Below are positions 1 to 12,637 of a stretch of 64,000 bases of DNA, piece by piece (the first letter of the stretch is position 1; each line of letters opens with the position of its first letter). A model generated the notes under the pieces. The model was not told the origin of the DNA. It ran no database searches and saw only the letters and a list, made by a program, of their open reading frames with translations. The stretch comes from the human T2T-CHM13v2.0 reference genome, Homo sapiens: NCBI RefSeq assembly GCF_009914755.1, contig NC_060929.1; one strand, written 5' to 3'. A program made the translations under genes and the position numbers.

Positions 1-72
1 GGTGGCAGGTGCCTGCAGTCCCAGCTACTCGGAAGGCTGAGGCAGGAGAATGGCATGAACCTGGTAGGCAGG
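1..72 (+). mobile_element. Alu right-arm fragment (AluY/S-like), cut by the window edge and truncated at its 3' end
   Basis: GCCTGCAGTCCCAGCTACTCGGAAGGCTGAGGCAGGAGAATGGCATGAACC matches the Alu right monomer; similarity stops at ~72 with no A-tail. Confidence 0.85.
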
Positions 73-150
73 CTCACAGATTCATGAGATAAAAAATAAT
101 TGGTGTTTTAAATCACAAAGTTTTCAGGTGTTTGTTGCATAACAAAGCCT
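73..150 (+). mobile_element. MLT1 (MaLR) LTR 3'-end fragment
   Basis: CATGAGATAAAAAATAATTGGTGTTTTTAAATCACAAAGTTTTCAGGTGTTTGTTGCATAACA resembles the MLT1 terminal motif (from recall). Confidence 0.45.
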
Positions 151-282
151 ATATGGGAAAAAATCCTTGAATTTTCTAATCATTATCATTGCTTTAGTGA
201 AGGGAACTGTGCCTCAGGTTGTTCTGATGATAATCCAAACCTCATTTCCAGATAATTGTAATTTACTTATCTGTTTAGAACA

Positions 283-960
283 TGTGATAAAGAATTTGTT
301 GTTGGTCAGAAAGTGATCTGGCCTTTGCCTCACATTCTGGGAAGTAATCAATATCATACACTTCTGTCATCAAAGGAGGGTTTGTTTAGACCAAGGGTTG
401 GCCATACCAGATATTAGGATGGGATGAGGCTTGCAACACGTAAGTTTTAGGACATGAAATGACGAGGCCAGAAACACTAACCATGTGATTAAGAAGTTGG
501 GGGGTGTCTTTGGGTCATATGATAATCTGTTGACTTCAATATTGAATTCAATCATGTGGATAATCACTCAATCATACATATGTAATTAATCCCCCCCCCC
601 AAATCTCCAAATACTGTATCTCTGGTAAGCTTCTCTTGTTGGCAGCACTACATGTATATTGTCATATATTAGTTCTGGAAAGACAATGTGTCTTGAGGAC
701 AACAGAATCTTCATATTTAGAACCCTTCCAGGCTTTGCCCTGAACAACTCTTTCTTTGGTTGATTTTAATTTGTATTTTTTCCTGATACTAAAGTAAAAT
801 CATGGCTAAAATAACTTTTAATGGGTTTTGTGAAGGCTTCTAGCAAATCATCAAAACTTAGGGTGGTTTTAGAAATTTCCCAAACCTACAGTTTGTGTCA
901 GACATCTTGAATAGACCTGGCAATGCCCTCAAACTTTGAAGTTTGTCTAACTCTAGGTAG
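283..960 (+). mobile_element. MER21-like LTR, possibly followed by degraded internal sequence to ~1570
   Basis: TG start, GATCTGGCCTTTGCC, and CTAGCAAATCATCAAAACTTAGGGTGGTTTTAG...GTCTAACTCTAGGTAG segments recall the MER21 family; PBS-like TGGTACCAGGAG at 962; boundaries approximate. Confidence 0.55.
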
Positions 961-1579
961 CTGGTACCAGGAGTGGAGTGGATGTTTCCAAGAATGACCC
1001 TGACTCACTGAAACATGTGGTTTGAAAAAAGAATGAATAAGTGGTAAGAGGATAAATGATTTTTCGATGGTCATGGGGTTACCAATAGTATGGAGCTGCA
1101 GATGTGTTGTGATCAATTAATGAAAGCAAAAGTTACCAATAGAGTTAAGGAATAATGGATCAAACTCTTGAAGAGTTTGAATGCATAATGGCATGCAAAG
1201 TAGTAAGAAATAAACTAAATCTACAATTTCTTGGTTATTGATATCTGTAATAGCTAAAATTAAAGAAAGGGAAAAAATTGAAGTGGATACTGATACTGGG
1301 CCAAGCTTGGATTCTGGCTGGTTCAAATTACAGCTTCTTGCCTCAACTCTCCTACCAATAAATAAAATAAAAATAAAACCAAAAATATATTAAGGTAAAT
1401 GCTCACTTTGCACCTGGCTTATATCTTTACCAGTCTGAATCATAACTTACAGGCCCCTACCAAGGGGTAAAGTTAAAATAAAATCATATGAGTGAGTAAA
1501 ATGATTAGAGGGTGGGAAAGAGACATTTCTGGGACTCTGTGGCATGGGAACTCTATGTATTATGATTCCAAAAGAAAAT

Positions 1580-3537
1580 GAAAATGAATATTGTCTCAGG
1601 GACTAGGAAATACCATCAAACATATCTACATAAACATAATGTTAAACTCAAAGAACATGAAAGAGAAAGATCAGAAAATATTTGAAGAAATAATTGCTTA
1701 AATCTTTCTAAGTTTGATACAAGACATTAATCTACACATCTAAAAAATCTCACTAGATTCCAAGAGATCCACACCTAGATATGTCATAATAAAATGGTTA
1801 AAAGCCAAGCAAAAAGACTAATTTGAAAGTTGCAAGACAGAAGGGACTCATAACTTATAAAAAATCCTCAGTAAGATCAACAATTGATTTATCATCAGAA
1901 ACATTATAGCCAGAAGGCAGTAGGATGACATATTCAAAGTGCTAGAAAATTAAAAAGCTATCAGCAAAGAATTCTATATTGACAAAACTATCCTCCAAAA
2001 AAAATTTAAATAATTTTTAACATAATTAGCTTTAAAAACACATAAAATATGCTGTTAGCAAATAGACATATTAAAGAAAATCCTATCCTTCAGGTGAAAT
2101 GGAAGAACATTAGACAATAACTTGAACCTATTTGAAGAATTGAAGAACATCAGTTAACTACATCAGTTACACAAAAGATAGTATAAATATATTTATTTTT
2201 TGTAACATTCCCTTCTGATTTAAAAGACAACTTTAGAAAGCAATAATTAAAAGTTTATGTTTATTGGCACAAAATATATAAAGATATAATGTATGACAAC
2301 TAGACTAAAGGAGGGCTGACACTATAAAACAGTATATAATGTTTTTATACTTTATTGAAGTTAAACTGGTATTAGTCTGAACTAGATTGTTCTAAGTTAA
2401 AATACAAATTATATTTACCAGGGCAAGCACAAAGAAACAACTAAGACATATAATGAAAACTATAATAAAGCTTTAGAAAGTAGAAAAATTATTTAACACA
2501 CACACAAAAAGGCAGCAATAGAATCAAGGAACAAAAAAAAATAAGACATACAGAAAACAGAAATAACAGGTAAATCCAATTTTATGAGCAATTACATTAA
2601 ATGAAAATGGATTCATTATTACAATTGAAAGCTAGAAATTGGCCGAAGTTTTTTTTTAAAAAAAACTAACTATATACTGTCTAAAAGAGACAATTTAGAT
2701 TCAAAGACGTAAGTAAACCTAAAGTAAAAGGATGAGAAAAAATATATTCTGCAAATAGTAAACAAAAATAACTAAAAAGAGAGCTAGAGTGGCTATAGAA
2801 AATAGGCTTTAAAGTGAAAATTGTTATTAGTAAATAAGGATATTTTGTAATAATGAATGGGCTAAACCATCAAACACTTACAAAAATTATAAACATATAT
2901 GCATCTGACAACAGATCCCCAAAATACATGAAAGAAAAATTTTTCAGAATCAAGGGAGACTTAGAATATTTAACAATAACAATGGGAGACTTCAGTACTC
3001 CACTTCCAATATTGGATAGAAAAAGGCAGATGATTAACACTACACAGAAAACTTAAACAGTACTACCAGCCAACTACACCTCCCAGACATTTATAGAACA
3101 ATCCACCCAAAAACAGCAGGATATGCATTCTTCCCAAGTACACATGAAACATTTACACAGATAGGCCAAGTTTAGTTAAAAAAATAAGCTTGGCAATTTA
3201 AAAGAGTAAGTATCATATAAAATATGTTTTCTGATTACAATGGGATTAAATTAGTAATCAATAGTAGATGAAAATTGGGAAATTCACAAATATGTAAAAA
3301 TTAAAACTCTTAAATAGCCAACGATTCAAAGAAAAAAATCATAGATGAATTAAAAATACATTGAGATAAGTGAAACAAAAACCTATCATATCATATCTTA
3401 TGGAATATAATCTAAAAAATTGCCTTGAGGGAAATTTATATCTATAATGATATATAATTAAAAAAGAAAAAACCTCATATCAATGAACTAGCATTTTACC
3501 TTAAAAAATCAGAAAACAGTTGAGCAAACTAAAGCCT
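1580..3537 (+). mobile_element. Old LINE-1 (L1M/L1MB), 5' part: ORF1 3' half, long inter-ORF spacer, ORF2 endonuclease region
   Basis: ORF 2853-3056 gives the L1 EN-like IINIYA...MGDFSTPL; ORF1-like AAAATATTTGAAGAAATAATTG at ~1675; many stops. Confidence 0.85.
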
Positions 3538-5848
3538 TGATATGGTTTGGCTGTGTCCCCACCCAACATCTCATCTTGAATTGTAATCCCCATAATCCCA
3601 ATAATTCCCATGTGTCAAGGGTGGGACCAGGTGGAGGTAATTAGATCATGGGAGTAGTTTCTCCCATGCTGTTCTTGTGATAGTGGGTGAGTCTCACAAG
3701 ATCTGATGATCTTATAAGCATCTGGCATTTCCCCTGCTTACACTCACTCTGTCCTGCATCCCTCTGAAGAAGATGCCTGCTTCTCCTTTGCCTTCTGCCA
3801 TGATTATAAGTTTCCTGAGGCCTCTCTAGCCATGTGGAATTGTGAGTCAGTTCAACCTCTTTTCTTTATAAATTACCCTGTCTCAGGTATTTCTTCATAG
3901 CAGTGTGAGAACACACTAATACAACAAGTTGTTACCAAGTGGTGTGCTATTATAAAGAAACCTGAAAATGTGGAAGCAACTCTGGAACTGGTAACAGGTA
4001 GAGGTTCAATCAGCTTGGAGGGCTCCGAAGAAGACAGGAAAATGTAGGAAAGTTTGGAACTTCCTAGAGACTTGTTGAATGGCTTTGACCAAAATGCAGA
4101 TAGTGATATGGACAATAAAGTCTAGGCTGAGGTGGTCTCATATGGAGATGTGGAACTTGTTGGGAACTGGAGTAAAGGTCACTCTTGCTATGCTTTTGCA
4201 AGGAGACTGGTGCCATTGTGCCCCTGACTTAGAGATCTGTGGAACTTTGAACTTGAGAGAGAAGATTTAGGGTATCTGGTGGAAGAAATTTCTAAGCAGC
4301 AAAGCGTTTGAGAGTAATCGGCACACAAAAGTTTGGAAAATTTGCACCTGATGATGCGGTAGAAAAAGAAAAACCCACTTTCTGGGGAGAAATTCAAGCC
4401 CACTGCAGAAATTTGTATAATGAGGAGTCGAATGTTAGTCACCAAGACAATGGAGAAAATATCTCCAGGGCATGTCAGAGATCTTCAAGGCAGCCTCTCC
4501 CATCACAGGCCTGGAGGCCTAGGAGGAAAAAATGGTTTCATGGGCTAGGTCCAGGGCACCCCTGCTCTCTGCAGCCTTGGGACATGGTGTCCTGTATCCC
4601 AGCTGCTTCATCTCCAGCCATGGTTAAAAGGAGCCAAGGTACAACTCAGGCCATTTCTTCAGAGTATGTACGTCCCAAGCCTTGGTGGGTTCCACATGGT
4701 CTTGATCCTGTGTGTGCACAGAAGCCAAGAATTTAGGTTTGGGAACCTCAGGCTAGATCAGAGGATGTATGGAAATGCCTGGATGTCCAGGCAGAAGGCT
4801 GCTACAGAGGCAAAGCCCTCATGGCGAACCTCTGTTAGGGCAGTTCAGAAGTGAAATGTGGAATTTTAGCCCCCGCACAGAGTCCACACTGTGACACTGC
4901 TTAGTGGAACTGTAAGAAGAAGGCCACTGTCCTCCAGATCTCAGAATGGTAGATCCACTGACAGCTTGCACCATGCACCAGGGAAAACCACAGACACTCA
5001 ATCCCAACCTGTGAAAGCAGGTGGGAGGTTGGCTGTACCCTGCAAAGCCACAGGGGTGGAGCTGCCCATGCTGTGGGAACTCACATCTTGCATCAGCATG
5101 ACCTGGATGACATGGAGTCAAAGGAGATCATTTTGGAACTTCAAGGTTTAATGACTGCCCTGTTGGATTTTAGACTTGCACGGGGCCTGTATTCCCATTT
5201 TTTTTTGTTTTGGCCAATTTCTCCCATTTGGAATGGGTGTATTTATGCAATGCCTGGACCCCCATTGTATCTAGGAAGTAACTAACCTGCTTTTGATTTT
5301 ACAGGCTCATAGGTGGAAGGGACTTGACTAGTCTCAGATGAGAATTTGGCCTTGGCCTTTTTGGTAAATGCTGCAATGAGTTGACTCTGGGGGACTGATG
5401 GAAGTGCATAATTGTGTTTTAAAATGTGAGGACATGAGATTTGGGAGGGGCCAGGCATAGAATGATATGGCTTAGTTGTGTCCCCACCAAAAATCTCATC
5501 TTGAATTGTAATCCCAATATTCCCAGTAATCCCCACATGTCAAGGGCAGGACCAGGTAGAGGTAACTGGATGATGGGAGTGGTTTCCTCCCTGCTGGTCT
5601 CATGATAGTGAGTGAGTCTCACAAAATATGATGGTTTTGTAAGCATCTGGCATTTCCCTTGTTTGCATTCCCTCCATCCTACCAACCTCTGAAGAAGATG
5701 CCTGCTTCTCCTTTGCCTTCTGCCATGACTGTAAATTTCCTGAGGCCTCCCCAGCTATGTGGAAATGTGAGTCAATTAAACCTATTTTTTTTTTAAATTA
5801 CCCATTCTTGGCTATTTCTTCAGAGCAGTGTGAGAATGGACTAATATA
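3538..5848 (+). mobile_element. Complete THE1 (MaLR; THE1D-like) element: 5' LTR 3538-3923, internal region 3924-5462, 3' LTR 5463-5848
   Basis: Both LTRs start TGATATGG and end CTAATACA/CTAATATA; purine tract GAGATTTGGGAGGGGCCAGG precedes the 3' LTR; ~1.54-kb internal region; the host L1 resumes in register; degenerate 5-bp flanks AGCCT/AACTT. Confidence 0.93.
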
Positions 5849-8800
5849 AACTTGCATAAGCACAAGTAAGTACTTAATCATGATTACAGCAGAAACAAGT
5901 AAATAAGAGAAGAGAAAAACAATAAAGAAAAGCAACAAAACCCAAAGTTGGTTACTTGAAATGATCAACAAAATTGATAAAACTTTTGCTAGAATAATCA
6001 AGAAAAAAATCAGAAGGTTCAAATTATTAAAAGCCAAACTGAAAGAAGAGATAGTACTACTAACCTTACACAAATAAAAAGGATTATAAAGAAATACTAT
6101 GAAAAACTATTTACTAGAAAATTAGTCAAATAAATCAGATGAAATAGAAAAAAATTATACAAAGATGTACACTACCAAAATTGACTTAAGAAGAAACAGA
6201 AGATCTGAATAGGCCGATAGCAAATAAAGAGATGGGATTTTGGTATAAAAACTTCACATAAAGAAAAATCCCAAAACAATATGACTTCTCTGGTGAATTC
6301 TACCAAATATTTAAAGAAGTGCTAATACCAACCCTTCATAAACTCTTCCAAAAAATAGAAGGGTATGAATACTTCCTCACTCAATATATAAAGGCTTTAT
6401 TATCCTGCAACCAAATCTTGACAAAGATTTCACAATAAAAGAAAACTATAGACCAGTTACTCTTATGAATATACATGCAAATTTCTTCAACAATATACTG
6501 GTAAACTCAATCCAGCAATATAGGAAAAGTACCATACAACATAACCAAGTACAATTAATTACAGCAATATAAGATTGGTTCAACATACTAAAAATCAATC
6601 AGTGTAATACCTCACGTACCATGTTAAAGAATAAAGGTCAAAACCTTCACTATTTTCTCAAAAGATGCAGAATAATCACTTGACAAATCCAACACCCTTT
6701 CATGATAAAATATTCAACAAACCATGAATACATGGGAACTTCCTCAATCTGATAAACATGTCTACAAAAAAATTCAGAGCTAACATCATATTTAATGGTG
6801 GAAGACTCAAAGTATTTTACTTAAGATCAGGAAATAGACAAGAATATCCACTGTTATTACTTCTATTCCACATTGTGCTAGAGGTTTTATAAAGGACATT
6901 TGATGAAAAAAGGCATATGAATTGGAATGTGAAAAATATAAAACTCTCTCTACTTGTAGACAATATTATTTGTGTACAGAAAATCCTAAGAAATCAACAG
7001 CAGACTGTAGGTGCTAGTAAACAAGCTCATAAAATTTTCAGGATTCAAGGTCCATATGCAAAAATTGATTGTATATTTATAGATCAGAAATGAACAATCT
7101 AAAAATGAAATAAAGACAATAATTTGTTTTAAAATAGTTTTAAAAATAAAAGTGCTTAGGAATAATTTAACAAATGAAGTGAATAAGTTATACACTGAAA
7201 ATGACAAAGCATAGTTGAAGGAAGTTAAAGAAGACCTGAGTAAATGGAATTGCATCCCTAGCACAAGGATTAATAGATTTTATTACTTAAGGAGTAAAAC
7301 TCCTCAAGTTAATCTATATACATAATGTATTCCCTATCAAAATCCCAGCTGTATTTCTTTAGAAATTTACAAGCAGATCCTAAAATTTATATGGAAATGG
7401 AAGGGACCCAGAATAGCCAAAATAACTTTGAGAAAGAAAAGTAAAGTTAGAATTCACAATTCTCCATTTCTAAACATAATACAAAAGCATTAAGATAGAC
7501 ATGTAGATTAGTGGAATTGAATTGGGATTCCTGAAAAAAAAACCCTTATGTTTACTGTCAATAAATTTTTAATATGGTGCAAAAACAATTTACTATGGAA
7601 AGCATACTCTTTTCAACAAATGATGCTGAGACAACTGGATGTTCACAAGCAAGAGAATTAATCTGGCCCCGCTACCTCATACCATACACAAAGTTAATTC
7701 GAAATGAATGAAATCTAAATGTAAGAGCTAAAACTACAAAACTCTAAGAAGAAAACAAATGTGTTAATCATCATGACCTTGGATTTAGACAATGATTTTA
7801 AAAATATGACAGCTAAAATAAAAGTAACCAAGGCAAAAAAGAAAAGATGAATTGAACTTTATCAAAATTAAATATTTCTGTTTCAAACGATACCTTGAAA
7901 AGATATTGTTTGATATCTTTTCAAAAGATATCTTGAAGATTCAGAAGCTATCTTTTTGAAAAAGATAGCTTGAAAAAGTGAAAAGATAATCCTAAGAATG
8001 GAAGACAATATTTAAAATCATGTATTTGATAACAGACTATTATCAATAATGCATAAAATGCTCTTACAACTCAACAATAAAATGGCTCAGTTTAAAAATG
8101 GACAAAGATTTATGTAGATTTTTTGCACAGATTATATATAAATATCCAATAAGCATATAAGAAGATGGATCAGGAAAATGCAAATCAAAACCCTGATGAG
8201 ATACAACTTCATACCCACTAAGATTGCTATAATCAAAAAGATGAACTATAAAAGTATTGGTGAGGATGTGAGGAAATTGAAATTCTCATAGATTGCTAAT
8301 GAGAATGTAAAATGGTACAGATACTTTGGAAAATACTTTGACAATTTCTTTTTTTTTATTTTTTTATTATTATACTTTAAGTTTTAGGGTACATGTGCAC
8401 AATGTGCAGGTTAGTTGCATGCTGGTGTGCTGCACCCACTAACTCGTCATCTAGCATTAGGTATATCTCCCAATGCTATCCCTCCCCACTCCCCCCACCC
8501 CACAACAGTCCCCAGAGTGTGATGTTCCCCTTCCTGTGTCCATGTGTTCTCATTGTTCAATTCCCACCTATGAATGAGAATATGCGGTGTTTGGTTTTTT
8601 GTTCTTGTGATAGTTTACTGAGAATGATGATTTCCAATTTCATCCATGTCCCTACAAAGGACATGAACTCATCATTTTTTATGGCTGCATAATTTCTAAA
8701 AAAGTTAAATATACCCAGCAATTCCACTCCTAGAGATATACGCAGGAGACCTGACAACAATATTCACACAACAATGTGTATAAGGCCATTTGTTCATAGC

Positions 8801-9235
8801 AGCATTACTAATAATAACCAAAAAGTAAAAACAACCCAACTGCCCATCAACTGATGAATAAAAATTAAAATGTGGTGTAGGTATACAGTGGAATATTATC
8901 CAGCCATAAAAGGGAATGAATTACTGATACATGCATAGTAAGTGTAAGAAACCAGGCACCAAGGCCACATTGTGTGACTGCATTTATATGAAATGTGCAG
9001 AATAGGCAAATTCATATAAACAGAAAGTAGATCAGTGGTTATCTGGGTATGAGGTGAAAGGGTAATGGGGAGTAATAGCTAATAGATATGGCATTTCTTT
9101 TTGGAGTAATACAAATGTTTTGGAATAATCTTGATAGTTGCACCACATTGTGAATATACTAAAAATCACTGAATGGTGTACTTTTAAAGTGTGAATTTTA
9201 TAGTGCATAAATTATATCCTAAGTTTAAAAAAACT
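5849..9235 (+). mobile_element. Old LINE-1 (L1MB-like), 3' part: decayed ORF2 RT and C-terminus plus 3' UTR
   Basis: Continuous L1 ORF2-like sequence (e.g. GGTGAATTCTACCAAATATTTAAAGAAG, GAAAACTATAGACCA) ending in an L1MB-type 3' UTR and short A-run at ~9227-9233. Confidence 0.88.
8350..8690 (-). mobile_element. 5'-truncated young L1 (L1PA2/L1PA3-like) inserted antisense into the old L1
   Basis: Poly-T at ~8350-8370, L1PA 3' UTR; minus strand reads CTAATGCTAGATGACGAGTTAGTGGG (GAG, not the Ta ACA); 7-bp TSD AATTTCT at 8343-8349 and 8691-8697. Confidence 0.92.
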
Positions 9236-11479
9236 TAAAACAGTCCATGAGCTATATTTGCTTCATGGTCTGTATTTGCCAATTCCATTTATGAAATAAT
9301 AATAGTAATGATAATGATGATAATAGTACCTGAGGGAAAAATATTTTGTTGTTAAAATATTTCTATAAATTATTTTTCCACCATGCATGCCATGTAAAAG
9401 TTGATGTCTATATGCACCAAACAACGTTATTCATATTTCCTACTCTCCTATGTCAAACTCTTTCATTTTCTTGATTTTACTTAAAGTAGTTTACATGGAG
9501 CATCTAAATGAAGGGGATTCAGGGAGGTCTGAACTCATGTTACATTGTTAATTCAAAATGGATGAGATACAAATGTAAGATTTAAAACTATAAAACATCA
9601 ACTTTTCAATATTTCACCAATTCAATACTTCAACTTGAAGTGAAGCTTCAAGTTTACTAAAGCTCTGATTTAGCAAATCCTACATAGGGTTTTTCACAGC
9701 TAGGGGGTGAGAAATTATGAGTAAGCTTTGAATATTTTCTTATATAAACTAAAAATTATGTATGAAATAAAAATTCTTTATTTAAAAATGAACATAAACC
9801 TTTGCCCTACTGCCACTGTTTTGCAGCAAATGTAGTTCGTTTTTCTGGTTTCTGATCCATCCAGCTTTTATTTCCTTTATGTTCTGGCAAGATGATCTTT
9901 AAAATCCTGAATACATACTTATAAAGCAATAACATAATGATAATTTAAAAATATGTATTTGGGGTAAATCTCTAAGGGAAACATATTCCATTACTGAAGA
10001 TCCCAAATGGCAAATGAGACCAAAAGTTATGTAAACAGACATTACCCATCAGTAAGAATAATGAAGTTAGATACATGTTATAGTAAAAAGATGCCAGTGT
10101 TTTAAAATTCATGCTAAACAATTTTTTTTTCTGTGTTGATGAACTACAGTGTAGCTTCTTTGGCATGCGATTCAGTTACTATCAAAACCTATACATTTTA
10201 GTTTTTACACTTAACCTTCAATTGTCCTAGGAAAAATGTCTTCCATACCAGCAAACTAGAATAATATGATACTTGCTTAAGTTCAGTTGGGCAATAATAA
10301 TAATATTTTAGCTCACTTTGTGGTCATTTATAGACCTTTGCAAAGAAAAGACTTAAAATTTTGAATAGTTTTTTTGTTTCTCCTTGTTGGACATAAGTTT
10401 TATGTGTCTTTCCAAAGACATTTTTTTCTTTGCTGTGTTTCTTTGTTAGTTTTTCATAGTTATGTCCTTTCTTATAATATTTAAGTTTAACACTGTGATA
10501 GTGGATTGTACTTTGCTTTTATTTAACGGATCTCAAAGAGCCCATATCTGATATGCTACCTTTGTTTTCATCACAATACTTAAGTCAGGGCAAATAGAAA
10601 CTCAAAAGGCTAAGTAGAAAATAAAGAACACTTGGTTTTCCAATGAGTGAAAAATAACTAGCATATTGGTGGAAAAAGAGATTTCCTAGCTTGCAAGAAC
10701 TTTTTTTCTACTTTGCCACACTACACTAGGTATACAATGATGTCTGTTCTTATTAGGATCTGCAGAGTAAATATATCTTTCAGTGACTGTACAATAAAAC
10801 TTTTTGTAGCAATGACCTGGTATTACTCTTAGGCTGTAACAGGACCTCTGGGATCTAATTTTAGTTGTATCTTGAATGGTGTTATTCTGTTTCTTTTTCC
10901 ACATGTCACAGCATGATTGAGATTAGACATTCACAAATTGTACTACATCATATTAGTATTTTCCTGATGAATGATTTTATAATTTCTTTCAATATTGTGG
11001 GCTGTCAGACATGGAGTAAGTCAAAACTTTAATTCAAATTTGTAGATACAAACAGTAGGTATCCTAAGTATTGCTGTCAAGATCATCTGCTTTTTGGTTC
11101 CATTTTTGTCTCCCTTTTTTAACTTTTATGACTTCTCTCCACTGTTTATATGTTTTCCCAATTCTTTATGAAAATTTTCCTTACCTTTACCCAGAAGTAA
11201 GTGATTCTGGGCATGAACAAGAATTCTAATCTTAGAGGAGCATATCACATCCCTGAGGATTCCATACAATTTCTACCTTGTGTGCTCCACTATGTGATTT
11301 AGCATCCAGGTCCTGATAAATGTAAAAGGGATTATGCAACACTGTAATTAAACATCAGGGAACCTTGACACAGGGGCCTTTTGTTCAAAGAATGACAATT
11401 TTGGAAATATGAACTTGGATTCTGGTCTGTATTAAATGGCTACAATTGTCTTGGCCATAATCTTCCATATCTTGATATC

Positions 11480-11592
11480 TCTAGAATGCAAGCTTCTTGA
11501 AGGCAAGACTATTTTGTTTATTCATTTCAAAGATTGTTTATCTCATTGTTCTCAATTGTTAACAGAGAACTGGTATTCAAAGGGTGTTCATT
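11480..11592 (+). mobile_element. L2 3'-end fragment interrupted by the full-length L1
   Basis: CTAGAATGCAAGCTTCTTGAAGGCAAGACT...; the L2-like tail resumes as CTGAATGA after 17752. Confidence 0.55.
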
Positions 11593-11605
11593 AAATAAAA
11601 TTTGG

Positions 11606-12637
11606 GGTGGGGGGTGGAGCCAAGATAGCCACATAGGAAGAGCTCCAGTCCACAGCTCCCAGTGTGAGCAATGCAGAAGGTGGGTGATTTCTGCATTTCC
11701 AACTGAGGTACCGGGTTCACCTCACTGGGGAGTGCGGGACAGTGGGTGCAGGACAGTGGGTGCAGTACACCGTGTGTGAGCCAAAGCAGGGTGAGGTATC
11801 GCCTTACCCGGGAAGTGCAAGGGGTCAGGGAATTCTCTTTCCTAGTCAAAGAAAAGGGATGACAGATGGCACCTGGATAATCGGGTCACTCCCACCCTAA
11901 TACTGCACTTTCCCATTGGGCTTAACAAATGGCACACCAGGAGATTATATCCTGCACCTGGCTTGGAGGGTCCTACGCCCACGGAGCCTCACTCATTGCT
12001 AGCACAGCAGTCTGAGATCAAACTGCAAGGCAGCAGCGAGGCTGGGGGAGGGGCACTCGCTATTGCTTAGGCTTGAGTAGGTAAACAAAGCGGCCAGGAA
12101 GATTTAACTGGGTGGGGCCCACCGCAGCTCAAGGAGGCCTGCCTCTCTCTGTAGGCTCCACCTCTGGGGGCAGGGCACAGACAAACAGAAGACAGCAATA
12201 ACCTCTGCAGACCTAAATGTCCCTGTCTGACAGCTTTGATGAGAGTAGTGGTTCTCCCAGCATGCAGCTTGAGATCTGAGAATGGGCAGACTGACTCCTC
12301 AAGTGGGTCCCTGACCACCGAGTAGCCTAACTAGGAGGCAACCCCCAGTAGGGGCGGACTGACACCTCACACGGCCAGGTAATCCTCTGAGACAAAACTT
12401 CCAGAGGAAGGATCAGGCAGCAGCATTTGCAGTTCACCAATATCTGCTATTCTGCAGCCACCGCTGCTGATATCCAGGAAAACAGGGTCGGGAGTGGACC
12501 TACAGTAAACTCCAACAGACCTGCAGATGAGGGTCCTGACTGTTAGAAGGAAACTAAAAAATGGAAAGAGCATCCACACCAAAAAGCCATCTGTACGTCA
12601 CCATCATCAAAGACCAAAGGTAGATAAAACCACAAAG
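11606..12637 (+). promoter_or_regulatory. L1 5' UTR internal promoter region (sense and antisense), CpG-decayed
   Basis: Lies upstream of the ORF1 ATG at 12638; recognisable L1PA 5' UTR; YY1 motif altered to CAAGATAGCC. Confidence 0.7.

Noticed and set aside
3638-3648. DUX4-type site in the THE1 LTRs (also ~30858)
   Set aside because: Copies deviate from TAATTGAATCA (TAATTAGATCA here; an extra base in the solo LTR), so binding cannot be claimed
4308-4736. 142-aa ORF and neighbouring ORFs
   Set aside because: Lie in the THE1 internal region; decayed MaLR remnant, not a cellular gene
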